Virus record (IMG/VR): IMGVR_UViG_3300032309_003728
Span: 1-57,527 of that record
DNA: 57,527 nucleotides
Source: a virus
Taxonomy: Duplodnaviria > Caudoviricetes
Strand: one strand, 5' to 3'
In this document: positions 8,503-16,992 of the stretch, in pieces
Numbering within the stretch: the first letter of the stretch is position 1
Layout of the letters: each line of letters begins with the position of its first letter
Made by a program: the position numbers and the translations under genes
Notes under the pieces: generated by a model
What the model saw: the letters and a program-made list of their open reading frames with translations, nothing else
Told to the model about the DNA's origin: nothing
The model's database searches: none

Positions 8503-9086
8503 TGAAAATTATAGGAATTTCTGGCGTAGCTACATCTGGTAAAGATACATTATGCTCTTTAATAGCAAGACATCTTAGTAGCAAGAATATTAAATCCCAA
8601 AGACTTGCTTTAGCTGATAATTTAAAAAATGATCTTAAAAATTTTATATGCGATAAATTTGATATTAATATATTAGAAGCATCATCACAAGAAAAAACTT
8701 TAATAAGACCAATTATGGTAGCTTATGGTAAAGTAAAAAGAACCTTATCTAAAGGTAAGCACTGGACTAATATGCTAGACTTATCTATAGAAGATTTAGT
8801 TAAAGAGGATACTGTTCCAATTGTTACTGACGTAAGATATATGGAGTATCCAGAGGATGAATTTTTTTGGCTTAAAAGTAGAAATGGTATTTTAGTGCAT
8901 ATTTCTAGATTAGATATGAACGGTAATTTAATTATGCCAGCTAATCTTGAAGAAAAAGAAAACGATACAAAAATAAAAGAGAAAGCAGATTTAAAACTTA
9001 TATGGGAAACAGAGGATGATATTGATTCTTTGTATTATAACCATTTAAATTTTTTAAAAAACATATATGAACAAATTATTTTATAA
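8502..9086 (+). CDS. deoxynucleoside monophosphate kinase (phage type)
   Basis: IIGISGVATSGKDT P-loop, LADNLK, VTDVRY..E. Confidence 0.8.
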   Translation: MKIIGISGVATSGKDTLCSLIARHLSSKNIKSQRLALADNLKNDLKNFICDKFDINILEASSQEKTLIRPIMVAYGKVKRTLSKGKHWTNMLDLSIEDLVKEDTVPIVTDVRYMEYPEDEFFWLKSRNGILVHISRLDMNGNLIMPANLEEKENDTKIKEKADLKLIWETEDDIDSLYYNHLNFLKNIYEQIIL

Positions 9087-9678
9087 CCAAAAAAACGATC
9101 TTGAATTAATAGAAGAAGTTAAATGCCAAAATTGTAGCGAAGCTATGAAAGAGCTTGAAACTAGGCATAGTGGAGTATGCTTTTCTATGATTAAAAAATA
9201 TTACAACGCTTTATCTTCTACGGGTCTAGATCCAAATGAAGTAGCTAAAGAAAAAGATTATGTTATGTATAAATCTATATTAAATTTTGATCCTTCAAAA
9301 AATATAAAATTTTCTACTTGGGTTGGTAATCAAATGAGATTTCATTGTCTTAACTCAATGAATAAAAACAACAATTCGATATCTATGGATAATGAAAATA
9401 TAAAAAATATCATAGAACGAAAACAATGTTTAGAAACTGCTAGATCAATAAATAAAGACAATTACGAATACATTTTTAATATATTATCTCAATTTAAAGA
9501 TAAAAGAATAGAAGAAATATTCAAAATGAGATATTTTTCGGATAAAAAAGTTGTATCTTGGAGTAAGATTGCTAAGAAATTAAAAATAAGCACTCAAACT
9601 GTAATTAACTTACATAACAAGGCTTTAAAATTTCTTAAAAATAAATTAGAAAGTAATCAATTTCAAGATACTATTTAA
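9067..9678 (+). CDS. phage RNA polymerase sigma70-family factor (regions 2 and 4)
   Basis: FDPSKNIKFSTWVGNQMR (region 2.3-2.4 like); IFKMRY...WSKIAKKLKISTQTVINLHNKALKFLK (region 4 HTH). Confidence 0.85.
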   Translation: MNKLFYNQKNDLELIEEVKCQNCSEAMKELETRHSGVCFSMIKKYYNALSSTGLDPNEVAKEKDYVMYKSILNFDPSKNIKFSTWVGNQMRFHCLNSMNKNNNSISMDNENIKNIIERKQCLETARSINKDNYEYIFNILSQFKDKRIEEIFKMRYFSDKKVVSWSKIAKKLKISTQTVINLHNKALKFLKNKLESNQFQDTI

Positions 9679-9716
9679 AAGGAGAAAAAATAAACAACAG
9701 AAAGATAAATACAAGT

Positions 9717-10067
9717 ATGAATACAAATAATAATAACACTAAACAAAATGATTGGGCTAAGAGAGATGTTGGCGCTCTTTGGAAAAGAGAAGGTCAAAAT
9801 CAAAAGTATCTATCAGGCTATGTAAAAGTAGACGAACTAGGTATTGAAAAAGAGCTTAAAATCGTTGTTTTTTCTAACAAGAATAAGAACAACAATGAGA
9901 AAGCTCCTGATTACAGAATCTATCTATCTAAACCCATGGATAAAACATCTGCAATTAATGCTACCGAAACAGTAAAAACAACTGTATCTAAAAAGGTTGC
10001 TCCTACGAAAGTTAAGGTTGCAGAAGTAATCGAAGAGGCAGAAGAAGTAGAAGACACATTATTGTGA
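9717..10067 (+). CDS. DUF736-like putative ssDNA-binding protein with acidic tail
   Basis: VGALWKR..KYLSG...NKN..APDYRIY; acidic C-terminus EEAEEVEDTLL. Confidence 0.65.
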   Translation: MNTNNNNTKQNDWAKRDVGALWKREGQNQKYLSGYVKVDELGIEKELKIVVFSNKNKNNNEKAPDYRIYLSKPMDKTSAINATETVKTTVSKKVAPTKVKVAEVIEEAEEVEDTLL

Positions 10068-11158
10068 AACTTTGTTTAAATTTACCAATCAATTCAGTAA
10101 GTTTTGGTCAAATTTCTACTTTACTATTAAGAGAGATTTATGAGTCTAAAAAAATAGATTCACACATTTTCTTAATTGGTAATCAAGTAGATTTATCTAG
10201 CCAAGAGAACATTGATAAAGAATTTGCTGATTGGTTGAGTCTTAATTTAAACAGAAGTCTAAAAGATCATAAACGATCCATAGATTCATTTAAGCTTTGG
10301 CACTTAAACGGGTCTATGGAGAGTTTATCCAACAATCAAACCTTACTAACATTTTACGAACTAGATTCACCAACAGAAGAAGAAATTAATATCGCAAATA
10401 ATCAAAAACAGGTATTATTCTCTTCACAAGACACTGTTGATTTATTTAATAAACGTGGATGCAAGAATGCTAAGTATATTCCTTTAGCTTTTGATCACTA
10501 TAATTTCAAGCAAACAAATAAAAAATATTTTAATGATGATAGAATCGTATTTAATTTATGTGGAAAATTAGAAAAAAGAAAAAATCACGAAAAAATTATA
10601 AAAACCTGGATTAAAAAATACGGAAATAATAGCAAATACTTTTTACAATGCTCTATTTTTAACCCTTTCATGAAACAAGAAGACCAAGAAAAAATTATTT
10701 TATCTATTCTAAGGGGTGAAAAATATTTTAATATATCATTTCTTGGTGGGATGCCAAAAAATGCAATGTATAATGACTATTTAAATAGTTCAAACATTAT
10801 CATTGGTATGAGCGGTGGAGAAGGATGGGGATTACCAGAATTTCAATCAGTAGCTTTAGGGAAATATGGCGTAATCATGAATGAACATGGATACAAAAGT
10901 TGGGCTAACAAAAATAATTCTGTACTTGTAAATTCAAGTAATAAAATTGAAGCCTATGATCAAATTTTCTTTCAAAAAGGTTCTCCTTTTAATCAAGGAA
11001 GTATTTTTGATTTTAACGAAGATGAATTTATTTCAGCTATGGAAAAAGCAGAGCAAAAAGTAAAAGATAATCCAGTTAATGAAGAAGGTCTTAAATTACA
11101 AAAAGAGTTTTCTTCTAAAAAGTTTCTTGATAATTTAACATCTATATTAAAAGAGTAA
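10064..11158 (+). CDS. GT4-like glycosyltransferase
   Basis: CGKLEKRKNH, GGEGWGLPEFQSVALGK. Confidence 0.8.
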   Translation: MKLCLNLPINSVSFGQISTLLLREIYESKKIDSHIFLIGNQVDLSSQENIDKEFADWLSLNLNRSLKDHKRSIDSFKLWHLNGSMESLSNNQTLLTFYELDSPTEEEINIANNQKQVLFSSQDTVDLFNKRGCKNAKYIPLAFDHYNFKQTNKKYFNDDRIVFNLCGKLEKRKNHEKIIKTWIKKYGNNSKYFLQCSIFNPFMKQEDQEKIILSILRGEKYFNISFLGGMPKNAMYNDYLNSSNIIIGMSGGEGWGLPEFQSVALGKYGVIMNEHGYKSWANKNNSVLVNSSNKIEAYDQIFFQKGSPFNQGSIFDFNEDEFISAMEKAEQKVKDNPVNEEGLKLQKEFSSKKFLDNLTSILKE

Positions 11159-11514
11159 TGCCTCAATATATTTATCAACACCCTAAAACTAAAAAAGTTA
11201 TAGAATTAACTCAAAGCATTCATGATAAACATGAATATATAGATAAAGATAGAGTTAAATGGAACAGAATATATACTGCACCAAAATTAAATACTGATGG
11301 AACATTAAAATCAACCTCGACACAGCAAGACTTTCTTGAATATACAAAAAATAAAAAAGGCACAATGGGCGACCTTTGGGATATGAGCGGAGAGTTGAGT
11401 GAAAAAAGATCTAGGTTATATGGAGGAGTAGATCCAGTAAAAACTGAGTATCAAAAGAAGTGGAGCAAAAAGAGAAAAGGTAAAAAGCATCCTGATAGTA
11501 AAAAAATAAATTAA
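11158..11514 (+). CDS. FmdB-like zinc-ribbon-derived protein (Cys ligands absent)
   Basis: MPQYIYQHP...WNRIYTAP N-terminus; basic tail. Confidence 0.55.
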   Translation: MPQYIYQHPKTKKVIELTQSIHDKHEYIDKDRVKWNRIYTAPKLNTDGTLKSTSTQQDFLEYTKNKKGTMGDLWDMSGELSEKRSRLYGGVDPVKTEYQKKWSKKRKGKKHPDSKKIN

Positions 11515-11524
11515 CTCCAATATT

Positions 11525-11530
11525 TTACAC
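11525..11530 (-). promoter_or_regulatory. GTGTAA motif at a convergent junction
   Basis: TTACAC between the stops at 11514 (+) and 11534 (-); points antisense into the + operon. Confidence 0.35.
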
Positions 11531-11533
11531 AAA

Positions 11534-11869
11534 TTATTTATCTTTTTTATTAATTAGAAAATTTTGAATAGACTCAAAATTTCTATCTAATTTAGACTCA
11601 ATTCTGTCGAAATAATCATCAAAAGATTCTTTTGTCACATAAGTTGTAGATATTTTTAAAGCTAAGTCAGCTATTTCTTGTTGATGTTTTCTGCCTTCAA
11701 TTTCCATCTCTTTTCTTAAAGCTATAAAATCATGAAAAGTTTTATCATTAATATCCTTTATAAGCTTTTCTTGTCTATCCATCATAGTAAAAATACGAGT
11801 AAAAACCCAACCAGAAAGAAAGGCTCCAATACCAAATGATATATTAAGCAACCACTGAAGATTATCCAT
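11534..11869 (-). CDS. single-TM coiled-coil membrane protein (holin/hemolysin XhlA-like architecture)
   Basis: N-terminal TM LQWLLNISFGIGAFLSGWVF, YVTKESF..RIESKLD; GTGTAA motif upstream. Confidence 0.6.
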   Translation of the reverse strand: MDNLQWLLNISFGIGAFLSGWVFTRIFTMMDRQEKLIKDINDKTFHDFIALRKEMEIEGRKHQQEIADLALKISTTYVTKESFDDYFDRIESKLDRNFESIQNFLINKKDK

Positions 11870-11879
11870 ACTCTAATAA

Positions 11880-11885
11880 TTACAC
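11880..11885 (-). promoter_or_regulatory. GTGTAA motif, candidate late promoter
   Basis: 10 nt upstream of ATG 11869. Confidence 0.5.
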
Positions 11886-11911
11886 TATTAGAGACGAATT
11901 TTTTATAAATA

Positions 11912-12976
11912 TTATAGTTTTAAATCATTAAAGTCATCATCAGATATATCAGTCTTTCTTGCACCAACCTTATAGGATGATATCTCTGTTTCTTGGGGAG
12001 CAACTTGTACCTTACTACTATCTAAATAGCTGTCATGCCATCCACCAATAGGGTTATCTTTTTGGTTAAATATCTTCTTGTACCCCAAACTTCTTAGTCT
12101 GCTATCGCAAAGCCACTTAGAGTAGCCATCTAAAACCTCTGCATTTAATCCAAGTAAACTGCCATTACTAAAGAGGTACTCAGACCATTCACTTTCATTC
12201 TTAGCGGCTTGTTCATAGAAAGCGTAGATTTTATCTTCATTTTTCTTTACTATACTTGTAAAGCCTTCTTTATCTTCGTCTCTTAAAATTTTAAGTAAAT
12301 TTTGACTAACTGCAAAATGCAAGGCTTCATCTCTTTGAATAAATTTAATAATCTTAGAATTACCTTCCATTTTACCACGGTATCCAAAATAGAAAGAGCA
12401 AGCAAAAGAGACATAAAACACAAGACCTTCCATTACATTAATAGAAAGAATAGCGTCAAAAATCTTTTGTTTAGGATCTTTCTTGTCATCATCTCCAAGA
12501 ATTTTATCAAAGTTACTTCTAATTAATTCTGCACGACTTATAATTTCTTTGTCTTCCATAATGCTATCAAAAAATTTAGTCGCATCTGGATATACATTAT
12601 TTAAAAGATAAGAATAAGAATAACTATGAATACCTTCAAATTGAGCCCATGTATTCATGCAAATCTCAAGTTCTGGATTGGTAACATAATCTTTAAGAGA
12701 ATGAATACTTCTAGAAAGCATACTATCCCCAAGAGTTTGAAATCTTAAATTACTATCAAAAACAAATCTTTCTGTATCTGTTAGATTGTTGTAATCGCTA
12801 CGATCTTTTCCTAAAGCTATTTCATGGGGCCACCAGAAATTTTCATTTTGTTTTTTGAATAACTCAAAAAATATTGGATACTTGAATCTATCATATCTTT
12901 GAAGATTTAAATCTTCTCCAAGGAATAATGGTTGTTTTGTGTGGTCTATATTTTTTATATTTAAAACGCTTTTCAT
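11912..12976 (-). CDS. nrdB: ribonucleotide reductase class Ia beta subunit
   Basis: FWWPHEI, QTLGDS, EGIHSYSY, EGLVFYVSF, RDEALH, QVAPQETEISSY. Confidence 0.95.
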   Translation of the reverse strand: MKSVLNIKNIDHTKQPLFLGEDLNLQRYDRFKYPIFFELFKKQNENFWWPHEIALGKDRSDYNNLTDTERFVFDSNLRFQTLGDSMLSRSIHSLKDYVTNPELEICMNTWAQFEGIHSYSYSYLLNNVYPDATKFFDSIMEDKEIISRAELIRSNFDKILGDDDKKDPKQKIFDAILSINVMEGLVFYVSFACSFYFGYRGKMEGNSKIIKFIQRDEALHFAVSQNLLKILRDEDKEGFTSIVKKNEDKIYAFYEQAAKNESEWSEYLFSNGSLLGLNAEVLDGYSKWLCDSRLRSLGYKKIFNQKDNPIGGWHDSYLDSSKVQVAPQETEISSYKVGARKTDISDDDFNDLKL

Positions 12977-13593
12977 AAAATATTATGTATATAGTTATTA
13001 TTACACCATAGGTCGTCTACATGAATTAAATTTGATTTCTCTCCACCGTAAAGTTCTGCTACTAAGGTATAATTATTATTATTTAAAAATTCTCTAGATT
13101 TATCTTTTACTTCTGAGTCTCTATAATAGTCTACCTCAAAAGATATTATGTTAAAATTAAAATTTGATTCAAATATTTTATAAAGTGTTTTTAAGGTTAG
13201 TTCTGGAGGGTCTAAATCTATTGATAAGTAATCTATTAATTTAGGAGAGTTATATTTTTCTAATACGCTCTTATAATCTATAGTTAAAGCATCTTGATTA
13301 ATATAATAAGTATTTTTTCTATGCACTTCCCATCCTTGATTAAAAGATGGGTCTATTTCAACAGCGACACCACTCCAGGCTCTTTCTTTCTCAAGGAAGA
13401 AAGAATTGCTTATATGTCTATAATCGTGAGCGCCTACGTCTAGAAAAAAACCATTAGTTTTAAATTTTAAAAAATTATCTACTATTTTATCTTGACCAGC
13501 TCTATATTCATTATCACTTAATTTAAATGAATTTATTAAGTCTACATTTAAACTCTCTTTGAAGAAGAGATAAAATTCTTGAGATTGATTCAT
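12973..13593 (-). CDS. FkbM-family SAM methyltransferase
   Basis: GFFLDVGAHD..SNS..LE...WSGVAVE; IDYLSID; ISFE. Confidence 0.8.
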   Translation of the reverse strand: MNQSQEFYLFFKESLNVDLINSFKLSDNEYRAGQDKIVDNFLKFKTNGFFLDVGAHDYRHISNSFFLEKERAWSGVAVEIDPSFNQGWEVHRKNTYYINQDALTIDYKSVLEKYNSPKLIDYLSIDLDPPELTLKTLYKIFESNFNFNIISFEVDYYRDSEVKDKSREFLNNNNYTLVAELYGGEKSNLIHVDDLWCNNNYIHNIL

Positions 13594-13595
13594 AT

Positions 13596-15860
13596 TTATA
13601 ATTTACATGCTCCAGAAGAACAGTCTTTATCCTCTTTCTCGTCTAAGGATTGCTCTCTGTCTCCATCATCTGTATTATTATAATAAAGGCTAATTAATCC
13701 AAGACTATATGCATATATAATTTCTTTCATAACTTTTGCGTCTGGAAGAATATTATTTTCATAATGGCTATAGTTGTAGTATACATTAGTTGATATGGCC
13801 ATGTCAATATATTTTTGAATAATAGCATTAATCTTTAATAACCCAATGTTATCTTTAAAGTCATATGCTAATTCATAATTTTCATCATATTTTCCTATGC
13901 CTGGAACTAGTACTGGAAGTTTACCCATTTTACTCATCTTATAAGTTATGAGACTTCTGATTGGTTCTACTCCATTTGTAGAAGATTGAATAACTGAACT
14001 ACTTTCGCATGGCATACAAGAAGATAGAGTTGAATGCCTTAAACCAAACTCTTTAATTTCTTTTCTTAATTTATCCCAGTCAAGAGAAAGTTTTCTTTTG
14101 CATAGTTCGTCTACTTTATCTTTGTATGTATCAATAGGTAATATACCTTTAGCGTATTTAGTTCTATCAAATTTTTCACATTTACCTTTTTCTTTAGCTA
14201 ATTCAAGACTTGATTTTAATAAATAAAATTGAAAATATTCCATCCATTCATCTAATACTGAAAGAGCTTTATCAGATGTATATTTTAATTCATTTTTCGC
14301 AAGAAAAGCGGCTAAATTAGTTATACCAACGCCAAGACTTCTTCTTTTTTTAGCAAAATTTTCAGCAGCAATATTAAAGTAATCTTGTAATTCAATAACT
14401 TCATCAAGAAATCTAACTATAAGATCACAAGTTTTTTCTAGATCTTGCCAGTTTTTAATCTCTAACATATTAACAGCAGAAAGAATGCACATGCCAATTT
14501 CTCCATCCTTGTCATGGTAATCTTTAAGTGGAATAGTAGGATGTATGACCTCAGTACATAAATTACTCATTGTCACTTTATCTAGCCAAGCGCCATGATC
14601 ATTAGCGTGATCAATGTTTAATATATAAATTCTTCCAGTTTCGACTCTTTCTTTAATAATGAGAGAGAATAATTTACGAGCAGATATTTTCTTTTTAATT
14701 TTAAGTTTTTTACTTTCGCACTCTTTATAGAGTTTGTCAAAATCTTTTGTGCCCCAAGCTTCGTAAAGTTCTGGTACTTCCGAATTATTAAACAAAGTAA
14801 TTTCTTCATCTTTTAGAACTCTATCATAAAACAATTTGCTCATACCAACCGTATAATCTAATTTGCGAACACGATTATCATCAGTACCAGCATTATTTTT
14901 TAATACTACAACATCTTCTATTTCGTAATGCCACCATTGAATATTACAAGTAGCACTGCCTCCTCTAAGACCATTTTGTTGCCAAGCTTTTACGCTACTT
15001 TCATATATTTTAAGAAAAGGTATAAGACCAGTATGAACGACTTCTCCATTTTTAATAGGAGAACCAATTGCTCTTATCTTACTAACGTCAATACCAATAC
15101 CGCATCTATTAGCAGTAGCCATACTAACAGCAGTAGCACTAGCTGTAATGCTTTCTCTGCTATCATCTACTCCAATTAAACAGCAACTAGCATAATTTTT
15201 ACTACTAGTGCGAACTCCTGCCATTACTGGTGTTGGAAGATTAATTTTATGCTTACTAATAGCGTCATAGAATTTTTTAATATAATTTATTCTAGTTTCA
15301 ATTGGATAATTCATAAAAGCATAAGCAGATATTAATATATAAGCAAATTGTGGAGTCTCATAAATAACATTAGTAGTTCTATTTTTAATTAAATATTTAT
15401 CACAAAGCTGTTTGATTCCAGCATAAGTAAAAATAAAATCTCTATCATGATCTATAAATTCTCCAATCTTGTTAAGCTCATCCTCTGTGTACTTAGAAGA
15501 AATTATTGGATCATAAATTTTATTCTTTATCCCGTTTTGGATTACTTCTATAAGTCGTGGTGCGTGTTTTCCTCTCCAAACATCTTTACGTAATTGATAA
15601 TTTAATAATCTGCTAGCTACATATTGATAATTTGGTTTTTCAACAGAAATTAAATTAGCAGCACTCTCAATTAATAATTTATGAATTTCTTTAGTTGTGA
15701 TTCCTTCGTGGATATTTATTTTAGCATTAATTTCAATATCAGTAAGACTTACTCCACTTAAGTTTTCTATTGCCCAATTTATTATTTTGTGAATTTTTTC
15801 TATATTAAATTTTTCTGAAACATTATTTCTTTTTTTAACATTTATAATTTTAGTCATCAT
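13596..15860 (-). CDS. nrdA: ribonucleotide reductase class Ia alpha subunit with ATP cone
   Basis: VKKRN ATP cone, PTPVMAG, ASCC, QNGLRGG, SNLCTE, MPCESSS, YY, C-terminal CSSGAC. No intein or intron visible. Confidence 0.96.
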   Translation of the reverse strand: MMTKIINVKKRNNVSEKFNIEKIHKIINWAIENLSGVSLTDIEINAKINIHEGITTKEIHKLLIESAANLISVEKPNYQYVASRLLNYQLRKDVWRGKHAPRLIEVIQNGIKNKIYDPIISSKYTEDELNKIGEFIDHDRDFIFTYAGIKQLCDKYLIKNRTTNVIYETPQFAYILISAYAFMNYPIETRINYIKKFYDAISKHKINLPTPVMAGVRTSSKNYASCCLIGVDDSRESITASATAVSMATANRCGIGIDVSKIRAIGSPIKNGEVVHTGLIPFLKIYESSVKAWQQNGLRGGSATCNIQWWHYEIEDVVVLKNNAGTDDNRVRKLDYTVGMSKLFYDRVLKDEEITLFNNSEVPELYEAWGTKDFDKLYKECESKKLKIKKKISARKLFSLIIKERVETGRIYILNIDHANDHGAWLDKVTMSNLCTEVIHPTIPLKDYHDKDGEIGMCILSAVNMLEIKNWQDLEKTCDLIVRFLDEVIELQDYFNIAAENFAKKRRSLGVGITNLAAFLAKNELKYTSDKALSVLDEWMEYFQFYLLKSSLELAKEKGKCEKFDRTKYAKGILPIDTYKDKVDELCKRKLSLDWDKLRKEIKEFGLRHSTLSSCMPCESSSVIQSSTNGVEPIRSLITYKMSKMGKLPVLVPGIGKYDENYELAYDFKDNIGLLKINAIIQKYIDMAISTNVYYNYSHYENNILPDAKVMKEIIYAYSLGLISLYYNNTDDGDREQSLDEKEDKDCSSGACKL

Positions 15861-15984
15861 TTCCCCTTATTTAAACAGTATAGTATGTTACATCATATTT
15901 ATACTTAAATAAAGAAAATTATTGTTTGTTATTAACAAAAGATATAACTTAACCAATCAAGTGTATCAATACCTTAATATAAAT

Positions 15985-16276
15985 TAACTTCCCAATGAGT
16001 TCTTCAAAGCGGAGCTTTCCCTGTGTTTTTCACAAAGTTAGCAAAGCCTATTAGTTCTACTTCCCAATTGAGTCTATAAGCCTTTCGGCCCCTAACACTT
16101 ATCGGATGTCGGTAGAATCATCCATCGCGCGTTAGCCCTTACACCTACACTCCCACTATTACTAGTGGTTATCTGGGTCGCAAGCTCCTATAGCGTTGCC
16201 CACGTTTCGAACTAATAAGACTTATCGTTTTTTTTGGAGTACGACAAACCTTATCCGCTAATTGGGCGGTATGTAT
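15985..16276 (-). ncRNA. unidentified highly structured non-coding RNA or long nrdA leader (boundaries approximate)
   Basis: About 44% GC (hand count 105/240 over 16021-16260). Own TTGACA-17-TAGTAT promoter with no ATG following. GNRA hairpins, a long-range helix and two possible pseudoknots. No ORF of 60 aa or more. Confidence 0.6.
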
Positions 16277-16281
16277 GCTCT

Positions 16282-16310
16282 ATACTATAAACTATTTATC
16301 TTTTTGTCAA
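16282..16310 (-). promoter_or_regulatory. sigma70-type promoter TTGACA-17-TAGTAT driving the structured RNA/nrdA
   Basis: -35 at 16305-16310, -10 at 16282-16287. Confidence 0.7.
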
Positions 16311-16318
16311 AAATTATT

Positions 16319-16347
16319 TTGACTTTAAAATATTTTTATTTTATAAT
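16319..16347 (+). promoter_or_regulatory. sigma70-type promoter TTGACT-17-TATAAT (leaderless)
   Basis: ATG 16354 is 6 nt after the -10 box; back-to-back with the minus-strand promoter. Confidence 0.7.
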
Positions 16348-16353
16348 TTAAAT

Positions 16354-16992
16354 ATGCGAATTAAAGTAATACAACATTCAGATGATAGGTTTTTAAATGC
16401 TCTTAATATTACTAAACCTAAAAACATAGAATACTGTAAAAAGTATAATTACGATTATCAAGACTATATAGGAGATTTTGTACCAAAGGATATAACTAGC
16501 GAAAGAAGAGTTTACTGGAATAAGCCATATATTTTAAAATCTATAATAGAAAATGAAGATTATGATTGGATTTTTTATCTCGATGCAGATGCCGTATTTG
16601 TAGATTTTGATTTAGACTTAAAAAGATTCATAAATTTCTCTGATATTGGAACGGAATTTATAGTATGTTACGTTAATCAACAACCAGAATGTAGATATTT
16701 TAATTTTAATTTTGGGGTATTCTTTTGCAAATCTTCTAATTATATGAATTCTATAATGGAGGAGTTAATAAGAATATGCGAAGTAAACAATGGAGCCATA
16801 GACGATCAGCCCATTTTTCATCAATTATTAAGAACTAATTACAAAAACGTTGCTCAAAAAACAGCTATATTTCCATCTATAGCATTTAATCATCATGGAA
16901 GTTTTATATATCACGCAGTAGGATTAGATGGAGTAAATAATACTGGTAATGAAATTTCAAAATTAGATCAATTAAAACAAATTATTAAATAA
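16354..16992 (+). CDS. GT34-like (galactosyl/xylosyltransferase family) glycosyltransferase
   Basis: YCKKYNYDY, YWNKP, YDWIFYLDADA, NFGVF, DDQ, FIYHAVG. Confidence 0.8.
   Translation: MRIKVIQHSDDRFLNALNITKPKNIEYCKKYNYDYQDYIGDFVPKDITSERRVYWNKPYILKSIIENEDYDWIFYLDADAVFVDFDLDLKRFINFSDIGTEFIVCYVNQQPECRYFNFNFGVFFCKSSNYMNSIMEELIRICEVNNGAIDDQPIFHQLLRTNYKNVAQKTAIFPSIAFNHHGSFIYHAVGLDGVNNTGNEISKLDQLKQIIK

Noticed and set aside
15985-16276. RNase P RNA, cobalamin riboswitch or group I intron as the identity of the structured RNA
   Set aside because: GGGAAAGCUCCG loosely recalls RNase P CR-I but lies at the 3' end with no proper downstream CR-V. GGGAAG is present but the B12-box and GCaACUG core are not. 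No ordered P7 R/S elements and no interrupted gene. An Rfam search is still needed.
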